64,000 nucleotides of DNA. Source: Spirochaetales bacterium Spiro_07 (GTDB taxonomy: Bacteria > Spirochaetota > Spirochaetia > Treponematales > Treponemataceae). The first letter of the stretch is position 1, and the number at the start of each line of letters is the position of its first letter. Shown one piece after another: positions 19,601-28,275 of this stretch. Made by a program: the position numbers and the translations under genes. Below the pieces are notes generated by a model. The model was given only the letters and a program-made list of their open reading frames with translations. It had not been told where the DNA came from and made no database searches. The stretch is taken from positions 23,558 through 87,557 of the forward strand of contig LVBI01000014.1 in assembly GCA_001603145.1 (NCBI GenBank), read 5' to 3'.

Positions 19601-21148
19601 GTCAAGAGCGAATACGGCAAAGGCTCGACGTTCACCGCCGTGGTTCAGCAATCAGTTTCAGAATACAAGCCGCTTGTTGACACAAAAGACGCGCTCAATA
19701 AGAAGATTCTCTACTTTGAGCCGAACAACCGCACAAGCAAGTTCATGATGAAAGAATTCGAGGTGCTTGAATCGCAGGTTGATCTTTGCGTTGACGTTAA
19801 GACCGCAACGGAATGTCTTGAAAATCACAAAGACGGCAGCAAATCTGATTATGATTTCGTTTTCGTCGGTTCAAAATATTTTGAGAAAATACAGCAGTGC
19901 ATAAAGGCTGAAAACCTTTCTGACCTGAAGGTTGTTCAGATTGCAGAAGATTCTGCCGCCGTTTCGCAGAGCAAGACTTGCGTGCTCGTTACGCCAGTTA
20001 CATGCATTCAGCTGGCGCAGCTGCTTTCTGGCAACGAATCTATTGCGCAGACGCACCTTGCGCAGACGCACAACTTTAACCGCGTATTTGCGCCAGACGC
20101 AAAGGTTCTTGTCGTTGACGACAATTCGGTCAACCTTAAAGTTGCGCAAGGTCTTTTGAAGACACACGACATTGAATGCGAAACAGCGAATTCGGGCTAT
20201 GACGCGCTCGGCATGATTTACAAAAAGACTTACGACCTGATTTTCATGGATCATCTTATGCCTGATATGGACGGCATTGAAACGACGCACAAAATCAGGG
20301 CGCTTGAGAACAACGAAAACAGCAAGAAACCGATTGTTGCGCTTACGGCAAACGCTTTGAGCGGAATGCGCGAAACATTCCTTTCGGAAGGACTGAACGA
20401 CTTCTTGTCTAAGCCGATTGAGCCGGCAAAGCTGAACGCAATTCTTGCAGACTGGCTGCCGATTGAAAAAATCAAGTATGAATCGGCAGAATCTGCTCAG
20501 ACAGCGCTGCCTGAAAAAGCGGCTGAACCTGAAGAAACTGCAATTGAAGGCATAAACTATCAGAACGGTCTTGGCTTTGCCGGAGGCGACAAGGCGACTT
20601 ATATGGATATTCTTAGGACTTTTTCAAACGACTATGAGAAGCGCGACAAAGAACTTCACGGAATGATTGAAGCTGATGACATTCAGTCTTTCACCACAAA
20701 CATTCACGGCCTTAAAAGCGCTTCAAGATACGTCGGTGCAGATGAAGTTTCTGACCTTGCCGCAAAGCTTGAAGAAGCCGGCCAGAAGAACGACAAAGAA
20801 TTTATAGATTCGCACTTTGAAGAATGTATGACGCTTTACAAGACTGTCTGCCAGAATATTCAGAACTATCTTGGAAAAGAAACTGTACAGCAGAATGCGT
20901 TCCCCAAGGGCGATATTCAGACTTTAAAAGCAACTGCAGAGCTTCTAAAGCAATATGCCTACGATATGGACATAGTTAATTTTGAAGAAGAGCTGAAAAA
21001 AGTTGCTAATTACACATGGGATGATATAATAAAGGCAAAACTTGATGACGTTTCGCAAGCTGCTTATTCTTATGATTATGGGAAAATGTCAGATGAAACC
21101 GAAAAGCTTTTGTCAATAATAAATGGCTATATCAAGCAAGAAGCATAA
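16619..21148 (+). CDS. Hybrid sensor histidine kinase: TM-sensor-TM, degenerate GGDEF, PAS, HisKA, HATPase, pseudo-receiver, REC, HPt
   Basis: GGDEF-like block ILDIDNFRQINETLGYLSGD...RLGGVSFAI (signature GGVSF at 18266-18280). H-box SHEIRTPMNAIMG (His codon 19001-19003). G-boxes DTGIGI and GTGLGLSI. REC VLVVDDNSVN...IFMDHLMPDMDG. HPt HGLKSASRYVGA. Confidence 0.9.
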   Translation: MSEQKKQIRTRLLFFIPVIIVLAVVLVTASLLIIDLKTKELASQNLHTLEQQRSTFEISLNYELLKTRSAAEEFAAALQNGKDPAATLALLQYSLASDYILYDSTAESKCYSSSNKNLDKDRSNIHTLLSRKSGFYGPEIISPHEPDAEKKAVFVFSAPVSTGIEDYGFLGGFVYAENIFNKFMPADMKDKGSFVLCSKDGTILTSTSGLVPLGFSVNEPLSGCMNHTKNFIFKNKPAGLIKTSFENDPNGMFIFVDSNGGTHFATFITVPDRNWILLSISSTEDFKANLLYIVATIWALAGLLLIICIIVYHLRSRIYIAREKLADSKYEHERFLREICCDIYENVIEADVTDNVILGKSSDALLEHLNLSKKTSYDEFLKTLVKQVIHPNFASQFYEAFCSETLLSKYEKGEKAGDIVFMDNTYSENYLWKSAKITLYYSESTNTVRAIIFVRNIDEEKRKELSLIEKSEKDILTNLLNKSSFDSKAKDFLAEAGTTNCHHALVILDIDNFRQINETLGYLSGDSIIMEFIETIKRNIRSEDIVGRLGGVSFAIMVKNYGNRAMLKTQLQILCDELHRQVVHENITCTVTASIGCALYPEHSTSYKELFGKANEALYFSQTHGMDTYTIYESQLLKHQALFVDEKDIDELVNTAADGIAKLAVNPEFTFLYTNQKFLNLIGRTSKDIEADGFMGIKYFHQDDVPQIFEALYFAMEKKMPYSISYRIQHKNGQYISVRTKCLFVNENYNGTPVMYSIFTDITDMVKMNEQLREAKETALAATKAKSNFLASMSHEIRTPMNAIMGMSDLILLDKSSSSSNIEYARNISTACRSLLGIINDILDISKIESGKLTLTVVTYNFIEMINDVITMIKLRAQDKYLDFFVHIDPKIPAEMTGDEIRLKQILLNMLSNAVKYTHEGYLSLTVEGREKDGNYELRFIVSDTGIGIKDEDRKHLFTEFERLDAQKNRNIVGTGLGLSITKKLCEMMNGSISVKSEYGKGSTFTAVVQQSVSEYKPLVDTKDALNKKILYFEPNNRTSKFMMKEFEVLESQVDLCVDVKTATECLENHKDGSKSDYDFVFVGSKYFEKIQQCIKAENLSDLKVVQIAEDSAAVSQSKTCVLVTPVTCIQLAQLLSGNESIAQTHLAQTHNFNRVFAPDAKVLVVDDNSVNLKVAQGLLKTHDIECETANSGYDALGMIYKKTYDLIFMDHLMPDMDGIETTHKIRALENNENSKKPIVALTANALSGMRETFLSEGLNDFLSKPIEPAKLNAILADWLPIEKIKYESAESAQTALPEKAAEPEETAIEGINYQNGLGFAGGDKATYMDILRTFSNDYEKRDKELHGMIEADDIQSFTTNIHGLKSASRYVGADEVSDLAAKLEEAGQKNDKEFIDSHFEECMTLYKTVCQNIQNYLGKETVQQNAFPKGDIQTLKATAELLKQYAYDMDIVNFEEELKKVANYTWDDIIKAKLDDVSQAAYSYDYGKMSDETEKLLSIINGYIKQEA

Positions 21149-21163
21149 ATAAGCGAGGAATAA

Positions 21164-21529
21164 ATGAAACAGATTTTTCTTGTAGACGATGAAATCACAA
21201 ACTTGCGTGTTGCAGAAAGTGCATTGAAAGACCGCTATCAGCTAAGGCTGCTGACAGGCGGCAAGCAGCTTTTTGTAATGCTTGAGCGCGCATTACCGGA
21301 CTTAATTCTGCTTGACATACGGATGCCGGAAATGGACGGCATTGAAGTCATGGAATTATTGAAGCAACATGACGATTATAAAAAGATTCCGGTCATTTTT
21401 CTTACGTCAAACACAGACAAAGATGTGGTTACTCATGCGCTCAAGCTCGGCGCGGTTGACTATATCGCAAAGCCTTTTGATGTAAACCAGCTGCCGATAA
21501 GAATCCAGAAAGTCATCGGTTTTGATTGA
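21164..21529 (+). CDS. Single-domain response regulator (CheY-like receiver)
   Basis: Motifs IFLVDDE, LILLDIRMPEMDG and DYIAKPF. Starts 15 nt after the kinase gene. Confidence 0.9.
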   Translation: MKQIFLVDDEITNLRVAESALKDRYQLRLLTGGKQLFVMLERALPDLILLDIRMPEMDGIEVMELLKQHDDYKKIPVIFLTSNTDKDVVTHALKLGAVDYIAKPFDVNQLPIRIQKVIGFD

Positions 21530-21574
21530 TGCAGCTTAAACCGTACGACTAAACCTTTGCCAAAAACAAAAAAA

Positions 21575-21610
21575 GCTCAACTCTGAATTACACAGAGCTT
21601 GAGCCTTTTT
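21575..21610 (+). terminator. Terminator of the kinase-receiver operon
   Basis: Stem GCTCAACTCTG / CAGAGCTTGAGC (one bulge) followed by CTTTTT. Confidence 0.75.
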
Positions 21611-21623
21611 AGCTTCAAAAATA

Positions 21624-21647
21624 TCATTATCGGGCTCGGCCCGATAC
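21624..21647. repeat. REP-like hairpin repeat
   Basis: TCATTATCGGGC tcg GCCCGATAC. Confidence 0.6.
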
Positions 21648-21721
21648 TCTCAGGTTCGCACAATTAAGTTTGACTAGCAAAATAAGCTTCATCTTGCGAG
21701 CCACAGCAAGTTTGTTGTCAG

Positions 21722-21747
21722 ATTGCCCGATTAAGTCGGGCAATGAC
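21722..21747. repeat. REP-like hairpin repeat (ATTGCC-type)
   Basis: ATTGCCCGA ttaag TCGGGCAATGAC. Confidence 0.7.
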
Positions 21748-21776
21748 ACATATTCTGAAAAGCAGGCGCTTTTCGG

Positions 21777-23336
21777 TTAATATCTTGCCTTGCGTAGGCG
21801 AACCTGTTCGATGTCGCTGCTGAAAAGCTCGCGCAAGTCGTTCAAGCCAAGCGCCATCAAAGCCATGCGGTCAATGCCGATGCCCCAAGCAAGAACAGGA
21901 CAGTCAATTCCCATAGCTTTTGTAACTTCCGGCCGGAAAATACCAGAACCGCCAAGCTCAAACCAACCAAGAACAGGGTGCTTGATATGCACTTCAACAG
22001 AAGGTTCTGTGAACGGGAAGTAACCCGGAACATATTTGACTTCTGTAGCACCGGCAATTTCAACTGCAAACATTTCAAGGAAGCCGAGCAAAGTCTTAAG
22101 ATTTACGTCTTCGCCCAGAACGATGCCTTCTGTCTGATAGAAATCTGACAAATGAGTTGCATCAACCTTGTCATAGCGGAAACAACGTGCAATTCCGAAA
22201 TATTTGCCAGGAATCTTCGGTTTTGAGGCAAGCTGATGGGCAGAAAGAACCGTGCCCTGGCTTCTCAAAATCAGGCGGCGCGTAAAGTTCGTGTCGAATT
22301 CGTAGTTCCAGCCGCGGCTGCCTGAGTTTCCGCCGTTACGGTGAACGGCTGCAACATTAGAAAGATACGGCTCTTCGATTTTCTTTGCATGTGTAGGATT
22401 CTTCACATAATAAACGTCATGAATATCGCGTGCAGCGTGAAACTGCGGCATGAACAAAGCGTCGCCGTTCCAGAATTCTGTTTCTACGAGCGGTCCGTCA
22501 AATTCTTCAAAGCCGATTGAAACAAGCTTGTCTTTTACGCTTTCAAGGAAAGACACATAAGGGTTTGTTCTGCCCAAAATGATGCGTGCCGGCGGAACTG
22601 CGATGTTGTAGCCGCGGAAAGCTTTATCTTTCCATTCGCCAGATGCGATCATTTTCGGGGTTAGAGCGCCAAGCTCTTCGCCTGTAACACCTGCGGCAAG
22701 CAGCGCCTTTTTTACATTCTCTGCGTCTGATGTAAGCTTATAAACTACAGTTTCGCGCTCAACAATGCGGAATGCGGCGTCAGCTGCCCCGCGCTTTTTT
22801 GCCAAAGCACCAATGCAGTCAAGCTCTTCTTTTGAAAGAGAAGCCTGATCCATAAGGCCGCCTTCACAGGCAGCAGCTTTTTTAAGCAATGCAGCTGTTA
22901 TGGCGATGCGGCCGCTTGCTGGCTTGCCTGTATAGGCGGCTTTTTTGTTGCCGTCCATAGCGAGCACACCTTCTTTAGAAAGCTGACCGAAAGCGCTGCC
23001 TACGTCCTTGTTCTCAATCTTGAGTGCTGCGGCAATTTCCGGCAAAAGATGCGGGCCATTGTCCTTCAAAAACGAAATAATGCGCTCATCATTTGTGCCG
23101 TTCTCAGCAAAAGCACGGCCAAGGTCTGTAATCTCAAAATAGGTGTGCGGCTCGCGGCGTACCACTGCAGCAAGTTCCTTGCCCGCAAGCCAAGAAAACG
23201 CCTGGTTTGCATGGCCTTCTTTGTAATCAAGCTCTTTCTGCAAACGTTCAGCCGTCAGTTCATCTTTTGCACCGTATGTACGCAAAACACGTATTTCGAG
23301 CGGGTGCAAATTTTTGATAAGCGCATTTGTGTCCAT
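21777..23336 (-). CDS. pheS: Phenylalanine--tRNA ligase alpha subunit, archaeal/eukaryotic type
   Basis: About 500 aa with a long winged-helix N-terminus. Class II motifs FRYDKVDATHLSDFYQTEG, GYFPFTEPS and GIGIDR. Start set to ATG 23336, because the listed codon 1 is TTG. Confidence 0.9.
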   Translation of the reverse strand: MDTNALIKNLHPLEIRVLRTYGAKDELTAERLQKELDYKEGHANQAFSWLAGKELAAVVRREPHTYFEITDLGRAFAENGTNDERIISFLKDNGPHLLPEIAAALKIENKDVGSAFGQLSKEGVLAMDGNKKAAYTGKPASGRIAITAALLKKAAACEGGLMDQASLSKEELDCIGALAKKRGAADAAFRIVERETVVYKLTSDAENVKKALLAAGVTGEELGALTPKMIASGEWKDKAFRGYNIAVPPARIILGRTNPYVSFLESVKDKLVSIGFEEFDGPLVETEFWNGDALFMPQFHAARDIHDVYYVKNPTHAKKIEEPYLSNVAAVHRNGGNSGSRGWNYEFDTNFTRRLILRSQGTVLSAHQLASKPKIPGKYFGIARCFRYDKVDATHLSDFYQTEGIVLGEDVNLKTLLGFLEMFAVEIAGATEVKYVPGYFPFTEPSVEVHIKHPVLGWFELGGSGIFRPEVTKAMGIDCPVLAWGIGIDRMALMALGLNDLRELFSSDIEQVRLRKARY

Positions 23337-23758
23337 CAATTGTCTTCCTGAATTAGATATTTTCTAAATATTATGTTGGCTCTATATCGGGCCAGGTGAT
23401 TCACATTATCGAATCTCAGCACGGCAGCTGATGCATAGTTATACCAGTCATAGCCGAATTCTGCCGTAAGCTTACGTGCAACGTCTCTGACGGCATAAAC
23501 TGCGTCGCTTTCGCGGTAAAGGCTGTCAAGAACGACGTATGTAATATAAGCCTCATCTCCATACGGAGAATAGCGCACTTCTACAGTATAATTCAGCGTA
23601 GTATCCGGAATTGTATCGGAAAATGTTCTGTACACAATCTCTTCCCACGGCTTGATGTTGTTTGACTCAGATTTTCTTTCAGATTCAGAATTCTGAGCAA
23701 ATACAAAACCAAACGCAACTAAACTGAATAAAACAGCGAAAAATGTTTTTTTCATCAT
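23336..23758 (-). CDS. Hypothetical exported protein
   Basis: Start at MMKKTFFAVLFSLVAFGFVFAQ (signal peptide) with a GGGAGAG SD. Its stop overlaps the pheS start (TGATG). Confidence 0.6.
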   Translation of the reverse strand: MMKKTFFAVLFSLVAFGFVFAQNSESERKSESNNIKPWEEIVYRTFSDTIPDTTLNYTVEVRYSPYGDEAYITYVVLDSLYRESDAVYAVRDVARKLTAEFGYDWYNYASAAVLRFDNVNHLARYRANIIFRKYLIQEDN

Positions 23759-23952
23759 AATGCACTCTCCCTGAGTTGGAAAAATAATATCAGCCGATGA
23801 CAATGCATCCGGCTGATATGCTTATGCACAACCTCAATAATTGTACTCTTTTCTTGAAATCTGGTAAAGCATTTGCAGCAAAAAGACGTATACAAAACTG
23901 ATTATAAGCTGTTTCCATAAGCGGAAACCTGCTGCTCCTTAGCGGAACTATG

Positions 23953-24693
23953 CTATTCCTTCCAGCGGATGCGGCATTCAGTTCCTTTTAAATCTGTCAG
24001 AAGCGTAACCAAAGGTATGCTCATAGTTATTGTATTGTCTTTTACGGCAATGTCGTTTTCTTTGCTGTTGGTCATTTCAGCAGAAACAATCGTACCCGGC
24101 ACAGAAAACATCAGATTGACTCTTGCTTTAAGAAGGTCTTGTGCTATTTTATCACCATATGCGATAGCAATCAAATCTGTATATTCCTGCGGAGTCATTG
24201 CTTCGCCTGTAAAGACCGGCGCAATAAGAAGCTCTATATAAAGAGCTGTATCTTCCGGCATGACGGCGACAGCTTTTCTCACGTTTTCGGGCGTAAGCTT
24301 AATGCGCATATCGTTTATGCCGTTGCTGTTCGTTACGGTAAGAAAATCCTTAGAACCGCGGAGCATTGTCGTTATGTTCTTGGTTTCCGCAGTTACGGTA
24401 ATGGCCGACTTTGAAGGAAATTTCAAGCCTGTAACGGCAAAACCTGCTGCCTTGAGCGAGGCGCGTATCTGCGCCGCATCGAACAGCTCTTCAGTTGAAT
24501 CAACACCGGCAAGCGATGAAACCAAAGTCTGAACGGACGGGCTGAGCTTTGTCTGCATGGCGACAGCCCCGGATTTATCTGTGCGCGCATCAAGCGAAAC
24601 TGATGTGGTGCAGCTTGTAGAAATGATACAAACTGACAGCGCCAAGCAGCAAATCAATGATGCAAGGCGCGTGTTTTTCTTATTAAATTGCAT
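23953..24693 (-). CDS. Hypothetical lipoprotein
   Basis: MQFNKKNTRLASLICCLALSVCIISTSC signal with a lipobox-like Cys. Immediately follows the NlpC/P60 gene. Confidence 0.6.
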   Translation of the reverse strand: MQFNKKNTRLASLICCLALSVCIISTSCTTSVSLDARTDKSGAVAMQTKLSPSVQTLVSSLAGVDSTEELFDAAQIRASLKAAGFAVTGLKFPSKSAITVTAETKNITTMLRGSKDFLTVTNSNGINDMRIKLTPENVRKAVAVMPEDTALYIELLIAPVFTGEAMTPQEYTDLIAIAYGDKIAQDLLKARVNLMFSVPGTIVSAEMTNSKENDIAVKDNTITMSIPLVTLLTDLKGTECRIRWKE

Positions 24694-24694
24694 A

Positions 24695-25942
24695 TTAATA
24701 AATAAAACCATCAGTTGAAATAGTTACATCCGGAAATGAAAGAATCGAACGGTAGCTTGTGTCAGCAACTTTAAGCGCTTCTTTGCTTGCCTGTGTTGCT
24801 TCGTTCGCGGCTGCCTTTGCTTCTTGTGCTGCAGCGGTAGCTTCTTTGGCTGCTAAAGTAGCTTCTCTTGCGGCGGCGGCAGCTTCTCTTGCAGCCTGTG
24901 TAGCTTCTTGCATAGCCATAGACTGCTGGTTCTGCGCATTAATTTGCGCAGCCTGATTTGCCTGCATCTGGGCTTGTGCCTGTGCAAGAGCTTGCGCTTG
25001 GGCTTCAGCCTGTGCTTTAGCATAAGCCTGAGCTTGTGCCTCTGCCTGAGCCTTCGCATAAGCGGCTGCCTGTGCTTCAGCTTGAGCCTGAGCATCCTGA
25101 GCCGCCTTAAGCTGTGCCTGCGCTTCTGCGAGCGCCCTAGCCTGCTCTTCGGCTTGTGCCTGAGCCTGCGCAAGAGCGGCTTCTTGTGCGGCAAGCTGCT
25201 CTTTCTGTTTCTGGGCTGCAATTTCTTCGGCAGACGGGCCTGCACTGATTGTGCCCGGCACAGGAATAGCTGTAAACACTTCGCCCTGGTTTTCCGTTCC
25301 GGCTGGAACTGCTTCAACTTGAACAAAGCCTGTTTCCGGCTCTTCTGCCTTTTCTGGTTCTTCCGGCACTACGGCTACAGCAACAGGCAGCACTTCGGGT
25401 TCTGCCTTTACCGGTGTTTCGACTTGAACCGCTTCAGCTTCCTCTTTTTTGGGAAACGATTTACCTATCCGCTCCGGGTGCGTTGCAGCAGGAAGGAATT
25501 TTCCGCAACCGACAAAAGTTGTGTTCCAATATGAGTCGCTCATTTTCGAGATGATTACGCCAGTTTTCGGGCCGTCGCTTGCAGCATGAATAAATTCGTC
25601 GTCGCCAAGATAGACAGCCGCGTGATTTACGGTGTTTGCAGCCTTAAAGAACAGAAAATCGCCAGGCTGAAGCTGGTCTTTTTCAAGACGTTCCGTTGCA
25701 TTATACAAATCTTCTGCACGGCGCGGCAGCTTTATGCCCAAAGACTGCTTTGCTGAAGTAAAAATGAGACCGGAGCAGTCCATTCCGGTTTTAGAAATTC
25801 CACCATATTTATAAGGAGTTCCTAAATATGCTTTACATTGTTCGATGAATACAGTGCGCTGCTCTTCAGGAGTTAAATCCTGCGCACAAGCAAAGAAAAA
25901 CGCCGTGCAAAGCAGAATGCACAACGTAAGCAGTTTTTTCAT
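24695..25942 (-). CDS. NlpC/P60 family cell-wall peptidase with long Ala/Gln/Glu-rich C-terminal region
   Basis: Start at [21 protein letters not shown] with a GGAGGAAAG SD. Catalytic block [17 protein letters not shown]...NHAAVYLG...HAAS. About 155 aa of AQAEAQA-type low complexity. Confidence 0.85.
   Translation of the reverse strand: MKKLLTLCILLCTAFFFACAQDLTPEEQRTVFIEQCKAYLGTPYKYGGISKTGMDCSGLIFTSAKQSLGIKLPRRAEDLYNATERLEKDQLQPGDFLFFKAANTVNHAAVYLGDDEFIHAASDGPKTGVIISKMSDSYWNTTFVGCGKFLPAATHPERIGKSFPKKEEAEAVQVETPVKAEPEVLPVAVAVVPEEPEKAEEPETGFVQVEAVPAGTENQGEVFTAIPVPGTISAGPSAEEIAAQKQKEQLAAQEAALAQAQAQAEEQARALAEAQAQLKAAQDAQAQAEAQAAAYAKAQAEAQAQAYAKAQAEAQAQALAQAQAQMQANQAAQINAQNQQSMAMQEATQAAREAAAAAREATLAAKEATAAAQEAKAAANEATQASKEALKVADTSYRSILSFPDVTISTDGFIY
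24765..25228. repeat. Imperfect tandem/low-complexity coding repeats (GCNCAG/GCNGAA-rich)
   Basis: Encodes repeats such as [40 protein letters not shown]. Produces the mirror ORFs listed on both strands. Confidence 0.8.
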
Positions 25943-26289
25943 TGTCTTTCCTCCATGAAATGCCAATTTTTTGCACAAACAAGCTTTTTAACGTTAAGCA
26001 CTAGAAGTACAGTCATCCTTGACAATAGAAGCTTCCTCATGCAAATGAAGTTACAATAAACACGGAACAAAGCCCGAATTTAAAGAAACTCATTTTTAGT
26101 ATCGGCACATCTCCAAATTTAACGCACCCTTGAAATAAAAAAAGCGCACCAGTGCGCATGTTTTGCCAGACAGAGCAAAAACCGCAATTTCTATCGATAA
26201 AAATCACTTTTATTTGATTTTTCTTGCAACCTAATACAGAATTCATGTGTCAAAGTATATACGGAATTTTCCGTAAAAAAGGATTTGAT

Positions 26290-28023
26290 ATGAGCAAAAT
26301 ACAAAAACGTCCCCTGCCGTGGGCAGCAATCGAGCCGTGGCGGGGAAAAACCTTCAAAGGCGAATGGCCGACACTTGCCGAGCTGATTACAATAAGCGCA
26401 GAACGCTTTGCCGACAGGCCTTGCTTTACAGACTTTGACCCGGACAGAAGAACTTACACTTATGCACAGGTCATGGCGAAAATTCAGCAGCTTGTGCAGT
26501 GGCTTTGCAGCGCAGGCATAAAAAAAGGCGACTGCATCGCGGTTTCTGGCAAAAACTCACCGGAATGGGGTGTTGTATATTTGGCAGCCGGTTTTGTCGG
26601 CGCAATCATCGTTCCAATAGATTATGCTTTGCATGAAAAAGAAGTTGTAAACCTTCTTAACACGGCAAAACCTAAGCTTTTCTTTGTAGACGAAGAAAAG
26701 TACAAATACTTTTCAGAAAACCCTTGCGGTGCAAAAATCTATTCGCTTACACCGAAAATTCCAGAAACATACGTATTTAACCTGAAAACAGAAACAAACT
26801 ATACGCCTGAACCTGCAACCGAAAACGATACGGCTGCCTTGCTATTTACTTCGGGCACAACCGGAAATCCGAAAGGCGTAATGCTTTCGCACAAAAACCT
26901 TACGGCAGACTGTTTCATCGCGCAGACAAACCTGCTCATTCTTGAAACTGACGTGTTCTATGCACTTCTGCCGATTCATCACGCATATACGATGCAGGCA
27001 GCCTTCATCAACCCGCTTTCTGTCGGTGCTGAAATAGTATTCGGCAAGACAATGGCTGTTTCCCGCATGTTGAAAGAGCTGCGAGAAGGAAAGATTACGC
27101 TTATTCTTGGCGTTCCGCTGCTTTTCAACAAGCTTCTTGCCGGCATTATGAAGGGCATACGCGCAAAAGGCGTTGTCGTATACGGCCTCATGAAATTCCT
27201 GATGGGACTTTCATACATCATCAAGAAAATTACCGGCAAAAACCCTGGCAAAAAGCTTTTCAAGGCCGTGCTTGAAAAAGCAAGCATAAGCACTTTGCGC
27301 GTGGCAATCTGTGGCGGCGGCCCGCTTGCAGCAAGCGTATTCAAGACTTATCAGGAACTCGGCATAGACTTTATTCAGGGTTACGGCCTTACAGAAACGT
27401 CTCCGATTATTGCGCTCAATCCGAAAGAGCATTTCAAGATTGAAAGCGTAGGCCGCGATTTTTCTCCGCACATGGAAATGAAAATCATCGACCAAGACGA
27501 AAAAGGTATCGGCGAAGTTGTTGTTAAAGGCCCGATGGTTATGCAAGGATATTACAACATGCCAGAAGAGACTGCCGCAATGTTTACAGAAGACGGCTTC
27601 TTAAAGACTGGCGACTTAGGCTGGATGGACAGCGAGCATTATCTTTATCTTTGCGGAAGGGCCAAAAACCTTATAGTTACTGCCGGCGGCAAGAACGTTT
27701 ATCCTGAAGAGATTGAAAATGCTTTCCAGCTTTACTTTAACGACATCAACCAGATTACGGTTGTTGGCTACGAAAAAGAAGCAGGTTCAAAATCAGAAGA
27801 AATTGAAGCGCAGATTTACCCGGCCGACGAGCTTCTCAAAAAGCTCGGCGTTCAGAGAGGCGATGCAGCAGCACAAGATGCAATCTACAATGCAATTTCT
27901 GACATTGTTGAAAAGGTCAACAAGACCTTGCAGCCTTACGCACGCATTTCTAAGATAACCATTCTTGACGAGCCGCTCGAAATGACGACGACTCAAAAAG
28001 TTAAACGCAAGTACAATAAGTAA
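26290..28023 (+). CDS. Long-chain fatty acid--CoA ligase (AMP-binding family)
   Basis: Start set at MSKIQKRP. Motifs LLFTSGTTGNPKGVMLSH, GYGLTETS, TGDLGWMD and GGKNVYPEEIE. Confidence 0.85.
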   Translation: MSKIQKRPLPWAAIEPWRGKTFKGEWPTLAELITISAERFADRPCFTDFDPDRRTYTYAQVMAKIQQLVQWLCSAGIKKGDCIAVSGKNSPEWGVVYLAAGFVGAIIVPIDYALHEKEVVNLLNTAKPKLFFVDEEKYKYFSENPCGAKIYSLTPKIPETYVFNLKTETNYTPEPATENDTAALLFTSGTTGNPKGVMLSHKNLTADCFIAQTNLLILETDVFYALLPIHHAYTMQAAFINPLSVGAEIVFGKTMAVSRMLKELREGKITLILGVPLLFNKLLAGIMKGIRAKGVVVYGLMKFLMGLSYIIKKITGKNPGKKLFKAVLEKASISTLRVAICGGGPLAASVFKTYQELGIDFIQGYGLTETSPIIALNPKEHFKIESVGRDFSPHMEMKIIDQDEKGIGEVVVKGPMVMQGYYNMPEETAAMFTEDGFLKTGDLGWMDSEHYLYLCGRAKNLIVTAGGKNVYPEEIENAFQLYFNDINQITVVGYEKEAGSKSEEIEAQIYPADELLKKLGVQRGDAAAQDAIYNAISDIVEKVNKTLQPYARISKITILDEPLEMTTTQKVKRKYNK

Positions 28024-28067
28024 AGCGTTTTTCATAAAATTTAAGAGGCTGCCTGATAAGCTCAAAT

Positions 28068-28092
28068 GTCATTCCGAACTTGTTTCGGAATC
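28068..28092. repeat. REP-like hairpin repeat (GTCATTCCGAA-type)
   Basis: GTCATTCCGAACTTGTTTCGGAATC, identical to 14001-14025. Confidence 0.8.
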
Positions 28093-28110
28093 TCAATGCT
28101 ATATAGCGTA

Positions 28111-28154
28111 GATGCTGAGCTGAAAGCCGCGAAGGCTAACAAGTTCAGCATGAC
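28111..28154. repeat. REP-like compound hairpin repeat
   Basis: GATGCTGAGCTG...AGCCgcgaAGGCT...CAAGTTCAGCATGAC. Outer and inner stems, ending in the AATGAC/CATGAC signature. Confidence 0.65.
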
Positions 28155-28275
28155 AATACTTATCTGGCAGCCTTTTTTATCGCCACGCACCAAGCCTGGT
28201 GCACAAAAATCTGGTTCAAAAAAGCTGGTGCAGCTAACGCCGGTACGCTAAAAATGCGCCCATGCCTTAATTTTT

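Larger units (their letters stand above)
28046..28178 (+). terminator. Possible terminator whose 15-bp stem arms are separated by 98 nt containing two REP-like hairpins
   Basis: AGGCTGCCTGATAAG (28046-28060) pairs with CTTATCTGGCAGCCT (28159-28173) with one mismatch, followed by T6. Confidence 0.45.

Noticed and set aside
24759-25534. Long ORFs on both strands and in alternative frames (24759..24956, 24853..25326, 24908..25534) inside the NlpC/P60 gene
   Set aside because: They are produced by the GC-rich Ala/Gln codon repeats, which stay open in several frames. Their products are low-complexity (poly Leu/Cys/Arg), and they have no start context.
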